A stretch of 63,594 nt of DNA, filler included, from Chiloscyllium plagiosum (Eukaryota), in the NCBI RefSeq assembly GCF_004010195.1. It is 4 parts of one record of this genome, joined end to end, with 100 filler letters (N's around TTAATTAATTAA, not from the genome) between each part and the next. Parts side by side here need not be neighbours in the genome. Positions count along the whole stretch, not along the records: positions 27,400 to 49,167 come from NC_057717.1; 3 more parts are not named here. The stretch is one strand, 5' to 3'. Shown one piece after another: positions 34,785 through 47,644 of this stretch. The position numbers and the translations under genes are program-made. The notes beneath the pieces are model-generated. The model was not told where the DNA came from. It was given only the letters and a program-made list of their open reading frames with translations, and ran no database searches. Position 1 is the first letter of the stretch; each line of letters begins with the position of its first letter.

Positions 34785-37137
34785 CAACTCATCTATGCTG
34801 ACCAGAAGATCTAAATAAATCCATCTCATTTACCAGCATTTGGCCCATGTACCTCTAAACCCTTATTATTCATATACCCATCCAGTTACCTTTTAAATGT
34901 TGTCATTGTATCAGTATCTGCTACTTTCTCTCTCAGCTCATTCCATACACACATCAGCGTGTGCATAAAAAAAGCTATCCCTTCAGTGCCGTTTAAACCT
35001 TTCCCCTTCAACCTTAAACCTATGATTTCTAGGTTTGGACTCTCGAGCCCCTGGGAAAATATCTTGACTGTTTTCCCAATCCATACCCCTCATGTTTATA
35101 TAAACCTCTGTCAGGTCACCACTCAGTCTCCGATGCTCCAGGGAAAATAACCCCAGCTTATTCAGCAACAATCCTGGCAACATCTTGTTAATCTTTTCTG
35201 AACGCTTTCAACTTTCACAACATCCTTCCTATAGCGGGGATACTGGAATTGTAGAGAACGCCAAATGTGGTCTAACGTATTACTCCTGTTCCCTGAGTTC
35301 CCCAGTCTTTGTCCACAATAAGTTCTGGAGTAACAAAATGTGTTTAAGGTTTTAGCCATATCCTGTGGTTCCACACATCAATGGTCTCATTGATCTTTAA
35401 GGAACACTATTTTGTCTCGAGTTACTCTTTTACTCGAGACAAATATATATTTATACAATCACTTTTGGATTATCCTTATCATTCTCTGCTGAGGCTATTT
35501 CATGTACCCTTTCTGCATTCCTGATTTCTACCCAAAGTGTATTCCTAAAGTCCCTGTGATCCTCAGGGATTCCCTTGATCCAGCTGGCTATACCTGACAT
35601 GTGCCCCCTTTTCCTTGACCAGACCCTCAATAGACAGCCAATGTTTCCTAATGCTGTCAGCATTGGCCTGCACACAAACAGGAACATGCTGGTGGTGATC
35701 GCTCAATTTATCTCACTTTTAAAATATTCTCACTTGCCAGACTTCCCTTTCCCTGCAAATAGACTCCCCAATCACCTTTTGAGAGTTCCTGGCTAATATT
35801 ATCAAGATTAGTGTCTGGCCCCATTTTATAACTTGAACCTGTGGACCAGCCCTGTCCTTTTCCATCGCTATTTTCAAACTAATTGAGTCACTTTGGCAAA
35901 ATGCTTTCCCACTCACACCTCAGTCCCTTTTCCTACCTTGTTTCCCCAAGGGGAGTTCAGGTTTTGCCTCTTTCTCTTTTCAGGCCATTTACATATTGAT
36001 TGGGAGTATTCTGGAACACAATTACCAAATTCCTCCCTTGTAAACACTGAACACTGGCAGTTCCAGTCTAGGATTGGAAAGTTTAAAAACCCCAACCATA
36101 ACAGCCCTATTATTATGATTGATATTTGAGATCTCCTGATATGTTTGTTCCTCAGTCTGCCACAGATTATTCGGGGTCAGGAGGACAATCGTGTCAGAGT
36201 GATGACCCATTCTGATTTCTCAGTTCCACTAACATAGCGTCGCTGGGTGATCCCACAGGAATATCCTCTCTAGGTACTGATGTAATGATTCATGCAATGC
36301 AAACCCACAACCACACGTCCTCTCTTGCCTCCCCTTCGATGCTTCCTGTAGCATCTCCACCTTGAAACAATGAACTGCCAGTCCTGTCCCTCCATCAGCT
36401 TTGTTTCTGTAACAACTATAATATCCCAGTCCCATGTTCCCAATCCATGCCCTGAGTTCATCTTCCTTAGCTGTCAGGCCTCTTGCATTGAAATAAATGC
36501 AATTTCATCATCAGTTCCCCCTCCCCCATTTCCTGCTATGTTTTTGCCAGCCTTGTCTGCTGAAATTGCTGTCTTTAACTTGTGCACCAACCTCAATCTT
36601 CTTTCTGGCCTTATGACTGTTTAAGGTGCAACACCGTGCCAGATTAGATTATATCCTCTCAAGCAGCTCTAACAATTCACTCCATCAGGATGTGGGCCCC
36701 CCTCCTGCTCCCAGTTCAGGTGCCTTACCCACCCTGTCAACCAGTGCTGACACCTTCAGACATCCAGGGACCTGCCCACCAAGGTCCCGGTGTTACTCAG
36801 TTCTCCAGGAGGACCTACCCTTCATGATGTATATCCTTCGCTTATGAGACTTCCCACAGTGCCATACCTCACAGTGATCAGAAGTAAACTCCATCTGCCA
36901 TTACTCAGAGTGTGTACAACTCTGAGTATGACTAACTTCATCCAGTCTCCCCAACCGTCCCTACCTCTAATTGTCGAGAGAATGCACAACCCTCCCTATT
37001 GCGTTAACCTCCTCCAGTCAATCTCATGGACACCATCTATGTAAGCTTCTCCTGTTCCTGACTATATTTTCCTCCTGTTCCAATAAACCCTTGTGAACTT
37101 TGTGACCTAGTCTAATCTCTGCAGTGCTCTGTTTAAT

Positions 37138-37458
37138 CAGCCTCACTGTGCCTGGATCATGGCTTCAATTCCAGCCTTGGCCGACTGTCTGTTTGGACTT
37201 TGCATGTTCTCCCCCCGACTGAGTGGCTTTCTTCGGGTGCTCTGGTTTCCTGCCATAGTCCAACATTTGTACTATACGTGATTGGCCATCATAAATTGAC
37301 TGTAGTATTCAGGCAAGTGTGGTTTAGGTGAGTTCACCATGAGGAATACAGGGTTTATTGGACAGGGAGAGGGATGGGTCTGGTTAGGATGCTCTTTAAA
37401 GGGCTGGTGTGGACTTGTTGGGCCGAATGTCCTGTTTCCACACTGTGGATATTCTATT
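37138..37458 (+). mobile_element. HE1-like V-SINE, decayed
   Basis: Paralog of 14655-14976; gactgtctgtttggactttgcatgttctcccc V-domain. Confidence 0.8.
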
Positions 37459-37799
37459 CAGGTTATTGTCCAGTCCTGTCAACCATCCCTGTCTCTTGAA
37501 ACTGGCCTCATCCACAATACTCTCCTTATATGTGTAATCTCCAACAGTTTCTAAAACATTCATTGGCGATGTAAGCTTCTCCAGTCCTTACAAAGATCGA
37601 TATGACTGTCACCTCTTCCTGCTTTTAGAACCCTCTCTATAACTATTGTCATTCGTTACATCACTCCCAATCACTGTTCCATCCTGAAACCCCAAAAAAC
37701 ATTTATATCTCTGTAAACCCATCTGGACTGTTTATACTTCCTTTTGACAATCCCGTTCTGAGACTTTCTCTACATCAAAAAAGTCATTAAGTGTAGGAA

Positions 37800-39430
37800 A
37801 CCCTTATTTTTGTAACCTCCCTTCAGCCTTACAGCACTGAGGATCTGTAGAAGCTCTTTTCAAACCGACAGCTATCTCAGTGTCTGTAATCTCCTCCACT
37901 CCCCATAATACATTCTGTCTGAGCTCCTCTGTAGTCCATTAAACACTCTTTAACACTGTCTGTATCAGTGTAACCTTCACCAAAAACACAACCTTCCCTA
38001 TCTGTGTAAATCACTACACCAGTCCCTATCCCTCTAAGCTCCGTCTAACAATACAACCCTCCATGTTTGTCTATTCACCTTCAGTCCCTACTCACCTCCC
38101 TATTTGTATAATCCTCTCCATTCATTTTTGCTACATTCTCTTCAACTGTCCCTATCAGTGTCATATCTCCAGTCCCGAAAACTCACCTCTCTTTAACTTT
38201 CTCAGGCCACACAGCCCTCACTATCTGTGACCTACTCCTGCCAGAGAACCCTCCCTCTGTGAACTGCTCCAACTCTTCAAGTCTCCATAAGCTCCTGCAG
38301 CTCTTACAACCCTCCCTATCTACTAAAGCTCTTCCAGTCCCTAAAGCGCCATCAATGTGTGGAGACCCTACCACCATCCCTATCTGTGTTATCCTCTCAG
38401 GTCCCTGCAACACTCCCGATCTGTAGATCCCACTCCAATGCCTGTGCCTCTCCCGATCCTGTTCCTACAAGACTCATTAACAATGTAACATCCTCCCGTC
38501 ACTATCACCCACCCTGTCAATGTAAGCTCCTCCTGTATCTCCAAACATTTACTCGTCTCCATAACCTTCTCCAGCTCTTACCCCACTATCTGTGTAAACA
38601 TCACTATCCACTCGAACCCTCCCTACCGCAGGAACTTCCTTCTGTTTGTGCTATGCTCCCTTATCTGTGAAACTGTCTCCCACCAAACTTGCTACCCAAT
38701 CTCTCAAAACACAATCCAGATTCCACAGCCTCCATGTCTAAATAACCCCCAGAACCTAAGCCTTCCTATATCTATCAACATCTTCTGTCACGATGACCCT
38801 CCATATCTCTGTTTGTTCCGCCAGATGATACAAACCTATTTTTCTCTGTAATCTGCTCAGCTCCCTAAAACAGTCCCTGTCTGTATCGTCTAGCCCTGTC
38901 CTACAAACATCCTTATCCCTGTAAACTTCTCCATCCCTCCCAACATTCCCAACTCCATGAACCCGTCAACCCTACAGCTCTCCACATTTCTGTAACCTCC
39001 TGTGGCTCTATGGTCCTCCTTCCCTGTGAAATCAACTCCAGTCCCCACATCCCTCCCAATCTGGGTCCTCTGCTCCAGGTCAGACCATTGTTGTCTCTGT
39101 AAACACCTCCACTCCTGACAACTCTTCCCATTTGTGTAACCTCGTTCAGACCCCATACTCTCCAACTTGCAGAATCCTCTTCCTGCATTGCAACCAAAAC
39201 CATGTTTTTGTAACAACCGCCAGTGCTTAAACCTGACTCAGTAACCTCTTGCAGTCCTAACAAAATACCTAAACTGTGAAACCTCTCATTTCTCTACAAT
39301 CCTCCCTCCCTCCTCAAATGCCTTCATCACCATGAAACCTCACAATTACTGAATCCTCCTTTTGGCATTGCAACACTCCTATTGTCTGCAAAATCCTCCT
39401 GTCCTGATATCCCTCCCTGACTCTGTAAAC
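37800..39430 (+). repeat. Degenerate C/T-rich tandem-like tract
   Basis: Recurrent ctctgtaa.ctcctccag.cc.tacaaccctccc variants. Confidence 0.6.
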
Positions 39431-39504
39431 CCCACCAACCTCCAGCACCCTTCTGGGGAACATGGCAGAGGAGAGAAGATTTGTAGCGTCTGGACCATAA
39501 TACG

Positions 39505-41400
39505 GAGGTAGATATCTGGAAATTACAGGTTTGGTCTAATGTTTGTGGTGTGCAGATTATTGGCGAGGACTGTAAAGAAAGGATTTATGACTACCTGGAA
39601 AGCCATAGTTAAATTAGAGACAGTCAGCATGGGTTTGTGAGGGGCAGGTCATGCCTCACGAACCTTATTGAATTATTTGAGGATATGTTAGAGTACGTTG
39701 ATGGCTCATTCAGAAAAGAAGGATGTTTGGGATAGAGGGAAATCTGTCTGTCTGGATGCAGGATCGGATGGCCCAGAGAAGACAGAGTATGGCGGCAGAT
39801 GGACAGTATTGAGCCTGGAGCAAAATGACCTGTGGTGTTCTGTAACAATCAGCTCTGGGACTCTGCTCTTTGTGATTCTTGCAAATGACTTGGATGTGGA
39901 TGTTGGAAAGTTGGTTAGTAAGTCTGCCAATCACATGAAGGTTGGTGGAGTGGTGGGTAATGTGGAGGGCTGTTGTAGGTTGCAATGGAACATTGACAGG
40001 ATGCAGAGCTGGGCTGGAAGTGGCAGGTGGAGTCCAATCTGGAAAAGTGTGAAGTGATTCATTCTGGAAGTTCGAACCTGAATATAGAATACAGCGTTAA
40101 AAGGCAAAATATTTGGCATTGTGGAGGAACAGTGAGATCATGGCGTCCATGTCCATAGATCCCTCAAAGTTGCCACGCACATTGATAGGGTTGCTAAAAT
40201 GTCATATGCTGTGTTGGCTTTCCTTAGCAAGGGGATTGATTTTAAGAGCCGTGTGGTTTTACTGCATCTTTATAGCGACCTGGTGAGACCACACTTGAAA
40301 TATTGTGTTCAGTTCTCGTCCCATCTTTACAGGAAGGATGTGCAAGTTTTAGAGAGCGTACACAGGAGATTTACCAGGATGCTGCATGGAATGGAGGGCA
40401 TTTCTTATGGAGAAAGATTGAGGGAGCTAAGGCTTTTCTCATTGGAGTGAAGAAGGGGGCGGGGCGACCTGGTAGAGGTGAACAAGGTGATTAGAGGCAC
40501 AGAGAGAGTGAATCGTCAAAGACTTTTCATCCTGTCAAATAAATGGCTATTACAAGGGGGTGTAATTTTAAGGTGATTGGAGGATGGATAAGAGGATAGA
40601 GAATGGTAGGTGGTTGGATGGACTACCAATGGTTGTAGTAAAATTAGACACATTCGGAACACTTAATAGAATCTTGGAAAGACATATGGATAATAGTAAA
40701 ATGAAGGGTATATAGGCTAGTTTGATCTTACAGTAGGATAAAAAGTTGGCATAGCATCATGGCCGAAGGGTCTTGGGCTGATCTGTTCTGTGTTCTATGT
40801 TCTGTCTGGTAAACTGGGTAATAAGCTCAGATCATTGTAAAAGGATATGGCATTCAGGAGGAGCTAGTGAACTGGATACAAAATTTGATTGATGGTAGGA
40901 GACAGAGGGTGATGGGAGACATGTTGTTTTTCTGACTGCAGGCATGTGACCAGCGGTGGAGTGGGTCCACTGTTGTTTGTCATTTGAATAAATGGTTTGG
41001 ATGGGAGTATTGGTTTCCTGGTAAGTAAGGTTTTTGCGTTTCACTGAAATTGGTGGTAAAGTGGACAGTGAAGAAGTTATCTATGATACACCAGGATGAA
41101 CAGTACTGCTGGGATAGTGGGCTGAAGAATAGCAGATGGAGTTTAATTAGATAAATGTGAGGTGTTCCATTTTGGTGAAACAAACCAGGGAGGGACTTGT
41201 ACAGTTAATGTTCGGGCACTGGGTTGTGTTATCATTCAGAGACCCAGGGATGCAGGTACACAGTTCTTTGAATGTGGTGTCACAGGTAAACAGGCTGGTG
41301 AAGCAGTCGTTTGGGGTGGTTACCTTCATTGGGGAGACCATTAAGAGTAAGAGCTGGGATGTCATGTTGATTCTGTAAAAGACATTGATGGGGCCACTAT
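39505..41400 (+). mobile_element. CR1 LINE RT/C-terminal fragments
   Basis: cagcatgggtttgtgaggggcaggtcatgcctcacgaacc (QHGFVRGRSCLTN); LVRPHLKYCVQFSSHLYRKDVQVLESVHRRFTRML; a second, older fragment from about 40810. Confidence 0.9.
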
Positions 41401-42854
41401 TAAAACATTTTTGATCAGTGGGAAGAACTCCTCTAGTTCATTTACTTCCTTTATGGAAGGGCATTAAATATTCTAACCTGGTCTGGCCAACATTTGACTC
41501 CAGGCCCACAGCAATATGGCTGACTCTGAGCTACCCTCTCAGTAATTAGCATGGGGTCAAAGAATGTTGTTCCAGTCAGTGACACCCACATCCCATGAAT
41601 GAATAAATGAAAATACATATGTCCCTCCCTACCTCTGCAAACCCCTCCAGCTGCAGCAATCCGTACTGGCTTTGTAACACCATTCAGACCATGACCACTC
41701 TCTGTAACACTCTCACCACCTCCAGCACCTTCACCTCTCCCTGTTCCTATTGTGTCAATAAACCCTGACCATGGTTCCCCTTCCCACTGCCCTCCTCCTG
41801 CTAGCATACCCTTTGCAATCTATTTAACATTTACTCCTAAAACACTCTCTCACTTCAGGATTTTAAGTACTTTTTGGGGATCTTCTCCGCCTCATAATCT
41901 AGTATGATCCCTTTTGTCCTGAGTGCGGGACCAGTGGGGATTTCTTCCTGCGGTTTACACTGTTTCAATGGAAAGTCCTTCTGTTGAGTGTTTTACACTG
42001 TTCCTTCAAATGTTTTCTGCTCTCCATTTACAGACACATGTCTCAGTCTGTTTAGCCTGTTTACCTTGGTCATTTCTCCTCTCACACACATGCAATTGGC
42101 TATTTTTGTTTCTAGTTGTAGCTTGTCCTCTGTGAATCACTTTAAAACTTTATATTTATTTAAACTGCACTTTATCACAATTTCCCGAAGGATCTCTCCC
42201 GGTGACATGACTCATTCACTAAGTTTCATCACTCGGTCGCTCTGCGAGAGTTATGTCCCTCGCCAGTTACACAATGTGTTTTTCAAAGAAACACTGAAAA
42301 AAAAAATAACCGAAGTCCTATTCCAATATCAATGTTGACCGTATGTTGTCCCAGATTATACGAATATTGAAGTTTTCCAAAATTATCACAATGCCTTTGT
42401 TAAAAAATTACAATGAGTCCCTGTGTAATGCAATGATGAGCAATGGAATACTGTTCAGTGGCTCAAACTGTTCTGCTGCTTGTGTCCTTGGCAAGTAGAA
42501 ATTTACATTCAAACTGACTCTACTTCATGATCTGCAGCCAAATGCTTTTTCTGTAATGCCTTTGTTATCCATTATTTTTAGTGTTACCCATTTTTCCTGA
42601 GTTTCTGCAAGATTGTGAACCTTGAATATTTTTGTTCACCCTGTATCCATGTCTCCCTGGTGCCTAAACCTCTTTTATCTTTGTGTCACAAATCCATCTA
42701 TCTTATTACAGTGACGTTGTCCATTAAAAACTCATAACTTACTCTTTCCCACAATTTTATGTCACAAATCTTTTCGCTGATGTACAGTTTTAGTTAAACT
42801 CTGTCCCTTCCTGTTCCTTTCTGCTTGTCTTCAGCCACATCCCCATGCTGTTGA

Positions 42855-43700
42855 GAGTTGAGACTCTGGGTGTGAGAGGGACCATCGAAAAGTCAGGGGA
42901 AATACATCAGCCATCAAGAGCAAGTTAATTATTCAGGATTTCCAGTCGAGGGAGGGAATGATATCTAGTTTATTTCAACACACGAGGCCTGACTGTAAAG
43001 GCAGACGAGCTCAGAGCATGGATTAGCTCTGGGGACTGGGATATTATAGCCATAATAGAAACATGGCTGAGAGAAGTGCAGGACCGGCAGCTCAGTGTTC
43101 CAGGATAAAAAAAAAACTACAGGCGTGACAGAAAGGCAAGTAAGTGAGGAGGGGAGTTGTCCTTTTGATTAGGAAGGACATGACACCTGTCCATCGAGAC
43201 AATTCTGTTAAGCAGTCATCAAATGAGGCCATAAATTTAAAAGCTAGAAGCAAAGAGGGGATGGTCAGTCTGCTGGGATCGTGTTCTAGACCCTCAAATA
43301 GCCAGTTGGTACGAGAGGAGAAAATGTCTAGTGAGTTTGCAGGTACCGATAAAAATAATAGAGTAGTATTGGATGGAGATTTTAACTTCCCCTGGGTGGA
43401 ATTTGTAAAATGTGTCCAAGAAAGTTTCCTCAATCAAGACGTAGAGGGCTCTACGCTATTCAGGTGGATAACACACTGGATCTCTCCTCAGAAAACAAGG
43501 TCTGGCAAGTGACTGAAGTATCAGTCGGAGAGCACATTGCGTCCAGTCACCACAACTGTCTTTGTTTTAACATAGTTGTGGAAAAAGTTCAGACAGGTTG
43601 ACAGATTTAGGTCTTAAACTGGAACTGGGCCAATACTGGGGCCATTCAGCAGGATCGAGCAGGGGTTGATTTGGTGAAGGTAAAACTCACACAACACTAG
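42855..43700 (+). mobile_element. CR1 LINE endonuclease region
   Basis: gactgggatattatagccataatagaaacatggctg (DWDIIAIIETWL); RRGVVLLIR; VVLDGDFNFP. Confidence 0.88.
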
Positions 43701-43720
43701 GGTATAGTCCAGATGGTTTA

Positions 43721-44165
43721 CAGAGGAACCTCGATTATCTGAACGAGATGGGCGGGCACAATTTCGTTCGGATAATTGATTATTCAGTTAATCGATTCAA
43801 TACCTTTCCTCTGGAGCTCGGAGTTTTCAGTCCAGTCTGCTCCCTGTTCAGGTGAGTCGGCAGCAGCAAGCCATGAGCGAGCCTCCACACCCTGCCAAAC
43901 CCCAAATACACACCCCGCTCGTCTCCAAACCCATCCAACACCGCCCCACCCGCCTCTCAGCGTCATCCCCCAAACAGACCCAACAGCGAATCCTGCCCCC
44001 AAAACCGTCTGACACCACCCTCCACCCGCCGCCTGCCCTCACCTCCCAGACACATCCTACATCACCCTCAGCCCGTCCCCAAACCCGTTCAACACCGCTC
44101 CCCGCCCACCACACCCACCGTCCATTCCATGTCCACGCCCATGCCCCCGTAATTGTTACCTCGGT
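43721..44165 (+). mobile_element. pogo/Tigger-like DNA transposon end plus C-rich internal segment (copy B)
   Basis: TA(43719-43720)|cagaggaacctcgattatctgaacga...tcgttcggataattg: a CAG-starting terminus with a subterminal palindrome; other end not found. Confidence 0.6.
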
Positions 44166-44820
44166 AAGTGGATAGTGAAGAAGATTTTTGGTATGCTTTC
44201 CTTTATTGGTCAGAGCATTGATTATAGGAGTTTGGAGGTCATGTTGCAGCTGTACAGGCCATTCATTAAGCCACTTTTGAGATATTGCGTGCAGTTCTTG
44301 TCTTTTTCCTATTGGAAGGAAGTTGTGAAACGTGAAAGTGTTTAGAAAAGTTTTACAAGGATGTTGCCAGGATTGGAAGATTTGAGCTATCGGGAGAGGC
44401 TGAAACGACTGAGACTGTTTTCCCTGGAGCGTCAGAGGCTAAAGGGTGACATTCTTGAGGTTTATAAAATCATGAGGGGCATAGATAGGATAAACAGACA
44501 AGGTCTTTTCCCTGGGGTAGTGGAGACCAGAAATGGAGGGAGTAGGTTTAAGATGAGAGATGAAAGATTTAAAAGGGACCTAAGGGGCAACCTTTTCACG
44601 CAGAGTGTGTTTATGTTTGGAATGTACTGCCAGAGGAAGTGGTGGAGTCTGGTACAATTGCAGCATTCAAAAAGCATCTGGATTGGTATATGAATAAACA
44701 ATGTTTATTGGGATATGGGCCAAGTGCTGGCAGATGGGACGAGATTAGGAAAGGATATCTGGTCGGCGTGGACGAGTTGGACCGAAGGGTCCGTTTATGT
44801 GCTTTACGTCTCTAGGTCTC
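44166..44820 (+). mobile_element. CR1 LINE 3' end
   Basis: MLPGLEDLSYRERLKRLRLFSLERQRLKGDILEVYKIMRGIDRIN...FKRDLRGNLFTQ plus 3' UTR. Confidence 0.92.
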
Positions 44821-46226
44821 TCTGGCTCTAAATGTTTTCCACTGTTCATTTACAGACTGACATTTCAGTCTGTTTTCCCTGTTTACCTTTGTCAGTTCTC
44901 TCTCAAATCATATAATGGTCTTTGTTACTGATGCTCGGGTGTGCTTTATGGTCACTTTAAAATGTCATAATCTCTTTGAATTCCGGTATAATTTCTTGGA
45001 GGATCTCGGTGTGATATTACTCATTCACTCAGCTTCATCACCCAACAGTCTTGTGTTTCTGACACATAGCACCCAGAATTTGCATTCAGGCTGAATCAGC
45101 CGCATAATCTGAGGCCAAATGCTTTCTCTGTAATGCCTTTGTTATCCATTAGTGTCAGGGTTCCCATCTTGCTTTTCCATTCTGCCTGAGATCCTGTAAG
45201 GTTGTTTACTGTTGAATATTTATGTTCCACCTTTTGTTCAACCTGTAATCACGGCTGTCTGGTGACTAAGTCTCATTTATCTCTGTGTCACAAGTCTATT
45301 GCCTTATTGTAGGTACTTTGTCCATTCCAAAAAAAGCAACATTATAATTTCTTCTTCCCCACAATGTCCTGTCACAAACCGATTCATTGATGTACAGTTT
45401 TAGTTAAACTCTGTCCCTTCCTGTTCCTTTCTGCTTGTCTTCAGCCACATTCCGATGCTGTTCCGAGGCTTCACATTTTCTCTTTGGATTCGGAAAGCTC
45501 CTTTTATCGGATCTATGTCCCTGCATCCTCCATGTCAGTTTAAAGCCCTGTCCAAAAACCTACCGACATGATTGGCCAGGACACTGCTCCCAGCAGTGTT
45601 GATTTTAAATCACTCATGGGTTTTTGCTGTCTCTGGCTGACCAGCAACGCATACCCACCCTGACCAGCCTTAGAGCTGAGTGGCTTGCCAGATCATTACA
45701 GTGGGTATTTGAGCGTCAATCCCATTGCCCTGGGTCTGGATTCATATGTAGGCCAGACTGGCAGCCTATAACAGATTGGCTTACTGAAAGGGTATTATTA
45801 AGCCGTTAGATGTGTATCCCTGACTCTGGCATTAAATTCAGAATGAACAGTCTAGTGAGAGTAACGCGAGGTCATTGCCTGGTCCATTGATAGCTCCCTC
45901 ATCCCTGAGTACTAATCCCAGTGCACCTTCTTCCTGACCGTGATTTGATCCTGATAATTTCCTGAACTCTGGTGATATCACACAGTATCTCTCCATGTGA
46001 TATCTGTCACTGTGAGGGTTTAATTGCTGCCGGTGACTGCACCTTTTGCAGCTACTCCAGATCCTGAGCCAACAGAATTCTCCACTCCAGGGAGATGAGG
46101 CAACACAGACCAGGGATGGAGACTGGGATATTCCAGATCTCTGTGGGACTCAGTGCCATTCTCCATGTGTAACCCTCACTGCATCAGTCTAATTTCCCAT
46201 TCTGTCTGTTTCTCTATCTCCTGTAG

Positions 46227-46355
46227 ATACTCAGGATGCTCTTGACTCAACAGGAATTCCCAATTCCTGTCTCTTCCATCACCACACTGAAGACAGTTGG
46301 TCAGCCCGAGAGATGGAGAGTGAAATCTGGAGCCTTCAGTAAATCCTGCAGTGAG
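46227..46355 (+). other. Putative non-coding (UTR-type) exon, copy B (129 nt)
   Basis: gtCTAATttcccattctgtctgtttctctatctcctgtAG|atac ... cagtgag|GTAAGA. Confidence 0.6.
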
Positions 46356-47249
46356 GTAAGATCATTCACAGTGAACAGAGCAGAGTGTATTTAAGGAATC
46401 GAACTTTGGTCCAGAAGACCTGACATAGATACAGTGTTGAAGGGTAAACACAGAGCATGATGGTCCCAGGCTCAAACCCCACCTCTTGTTAATTTTCATC
46501 TCTGCTGTACTGAGCCTTCCTATGACAATACCGTAAGTTGACAGTTATCAATCCAGGCCTGTACTGTCTTAGTGAGTATCAGTACAACAGAGGGGAAAGC
46601 AGGCCACCCTCAAGGAGATGGTATTGGAACCTGGGATCTTTCTGTTCTATATTCCCTCCTCACGCTATCTCTTTTCATGTGATAGAGTCGTACAGCACGG
46701 AAACATGCCTTTCGGTCTAACTTGTTTGTGCCAAAGTCGTGAATGCTTGTAATTCCAGAAACTTTCCTATTTCTGTAACCTCCACCCCTCCCAAATTCCC
46801 GTTGTATATTTGAAACCTACTCCGATGCTGACGACTCTCCCTGTATGTAAATTGCTCCAATGTCGATAACATGCCCAATCTCAATAATCTCATCCTGCAC
46901 TCAGTACAATAATTCCCATTTCTGTAGTTTTGCACAATCCTTACAGTAACCCCGTCTCTGTAAAATCCTCCAGCTTGGAGCAAAATACCCACCTGTGTAC
47001 TTTCCTCAAGCCCCAAGAAAACATGATATCATTGTAGCCTTCTGCAGGTCCGATTACACTCCTGCCTCCTGGCTATAGCACCACACGACCACAGTAACCT
47101 TCTCCCAACCCTACCGACCCCCTTACCGATATGAACACCTCCAGACCCTTTTCAAGCCACAGCAGCACTCCACATCTCTGTTTGCTCATCCATTCCCTAC
47201 AGTCCCCACAGCACCTCAAACACTCTCTCTTTGTGTAATTCTGCAATTT

Positions 47250-47566
47250 GGGACAGCACGGTGGCTCAGTGGTGAGCGATGGTGCCTCACAGTGCCAGGG
47301 ACCCAGGTTCTATTCCAGCGTTAGGTGACTATCTGTCTGTGTGGAGTTTGCACCTTCTCCCTGTGTCTGCGTGGGTTTCCTCCAGGTGTTCCAGTTTCCT
47401 CCCACAATCCAAAGATGTGCAGGTCAGGTGAATCGGCCATGCTAAATTGTCCATCGTGTTAGGTGCATTGTCGGAGAGAAGTGGGTCTGGGTGGATTACT
47501 CTTCGGAGAGTTGGTGTGGACTTGTTGGGCCGAAGTACCAGTTCTCATGCTGTAGGGAATCTAATA
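47250..47566 (+). mobile_element. HE1-like tRNA-derived V-SINE, near full length
   Basis: A-box tggctcagtgg, B-box ggttctattcc, V-domain ctgtgtggagtttgcaccttctccctgtgtctgcgtgggtttcctcc, LINE-like tail ending gtagggaatctaat. Confidence 0.92.
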
Positions 47567-47644
47567 TAAACTCTCCCTCTGCGTTCCATATTACTGCCCC
47601 TAAATATATCCATCTATCCATAATCAGCCCCAACCCCTTCAAGT

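Larger units (their letters stand above)
31890..36900 (-). mobile_element. Mosaic of CR1 LINE fragments (RT, C-terminus, endonuclease)
   Basis: ORF 32469..32903 KVDKFPGPDQVYPRTLWE...VPEDWKSANVVPLFKK...NYRAVSLTSVVGKLLE; YMNFSKAFDKFPH; WDWDIIVVTETKL. Confidence 0.92.
31352..47642 (+). repeat. Segmental duplication block, copy B
   Basis: Reverse complement of 2770-22265; 31352-36900 is directly colinear with 58300-62720, and 41738-42850 with 56141-57280. Confidence 0.95.

Noticed and set aside
46227..46355. Coding exon (43 open codons in copy B)
   Set aside because: The paralogs are frameshifted (128 nt) or have an in-frame stop (TAG in copy C), so coding is not conserved.
47250..47325. tRNA gene
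   Set aside because: The A and B boxes belong to a SINE head that continues into a V-domain and LINE-like tail; no full cloverleaf is seen.
2770..47642. Giant palindrome or inverted-repeat arms around a central spacer
   Set aside because: The arms are on different scaffolds joined by an artificial spacer, so orientation is not established; kept only as a segmental duplication.
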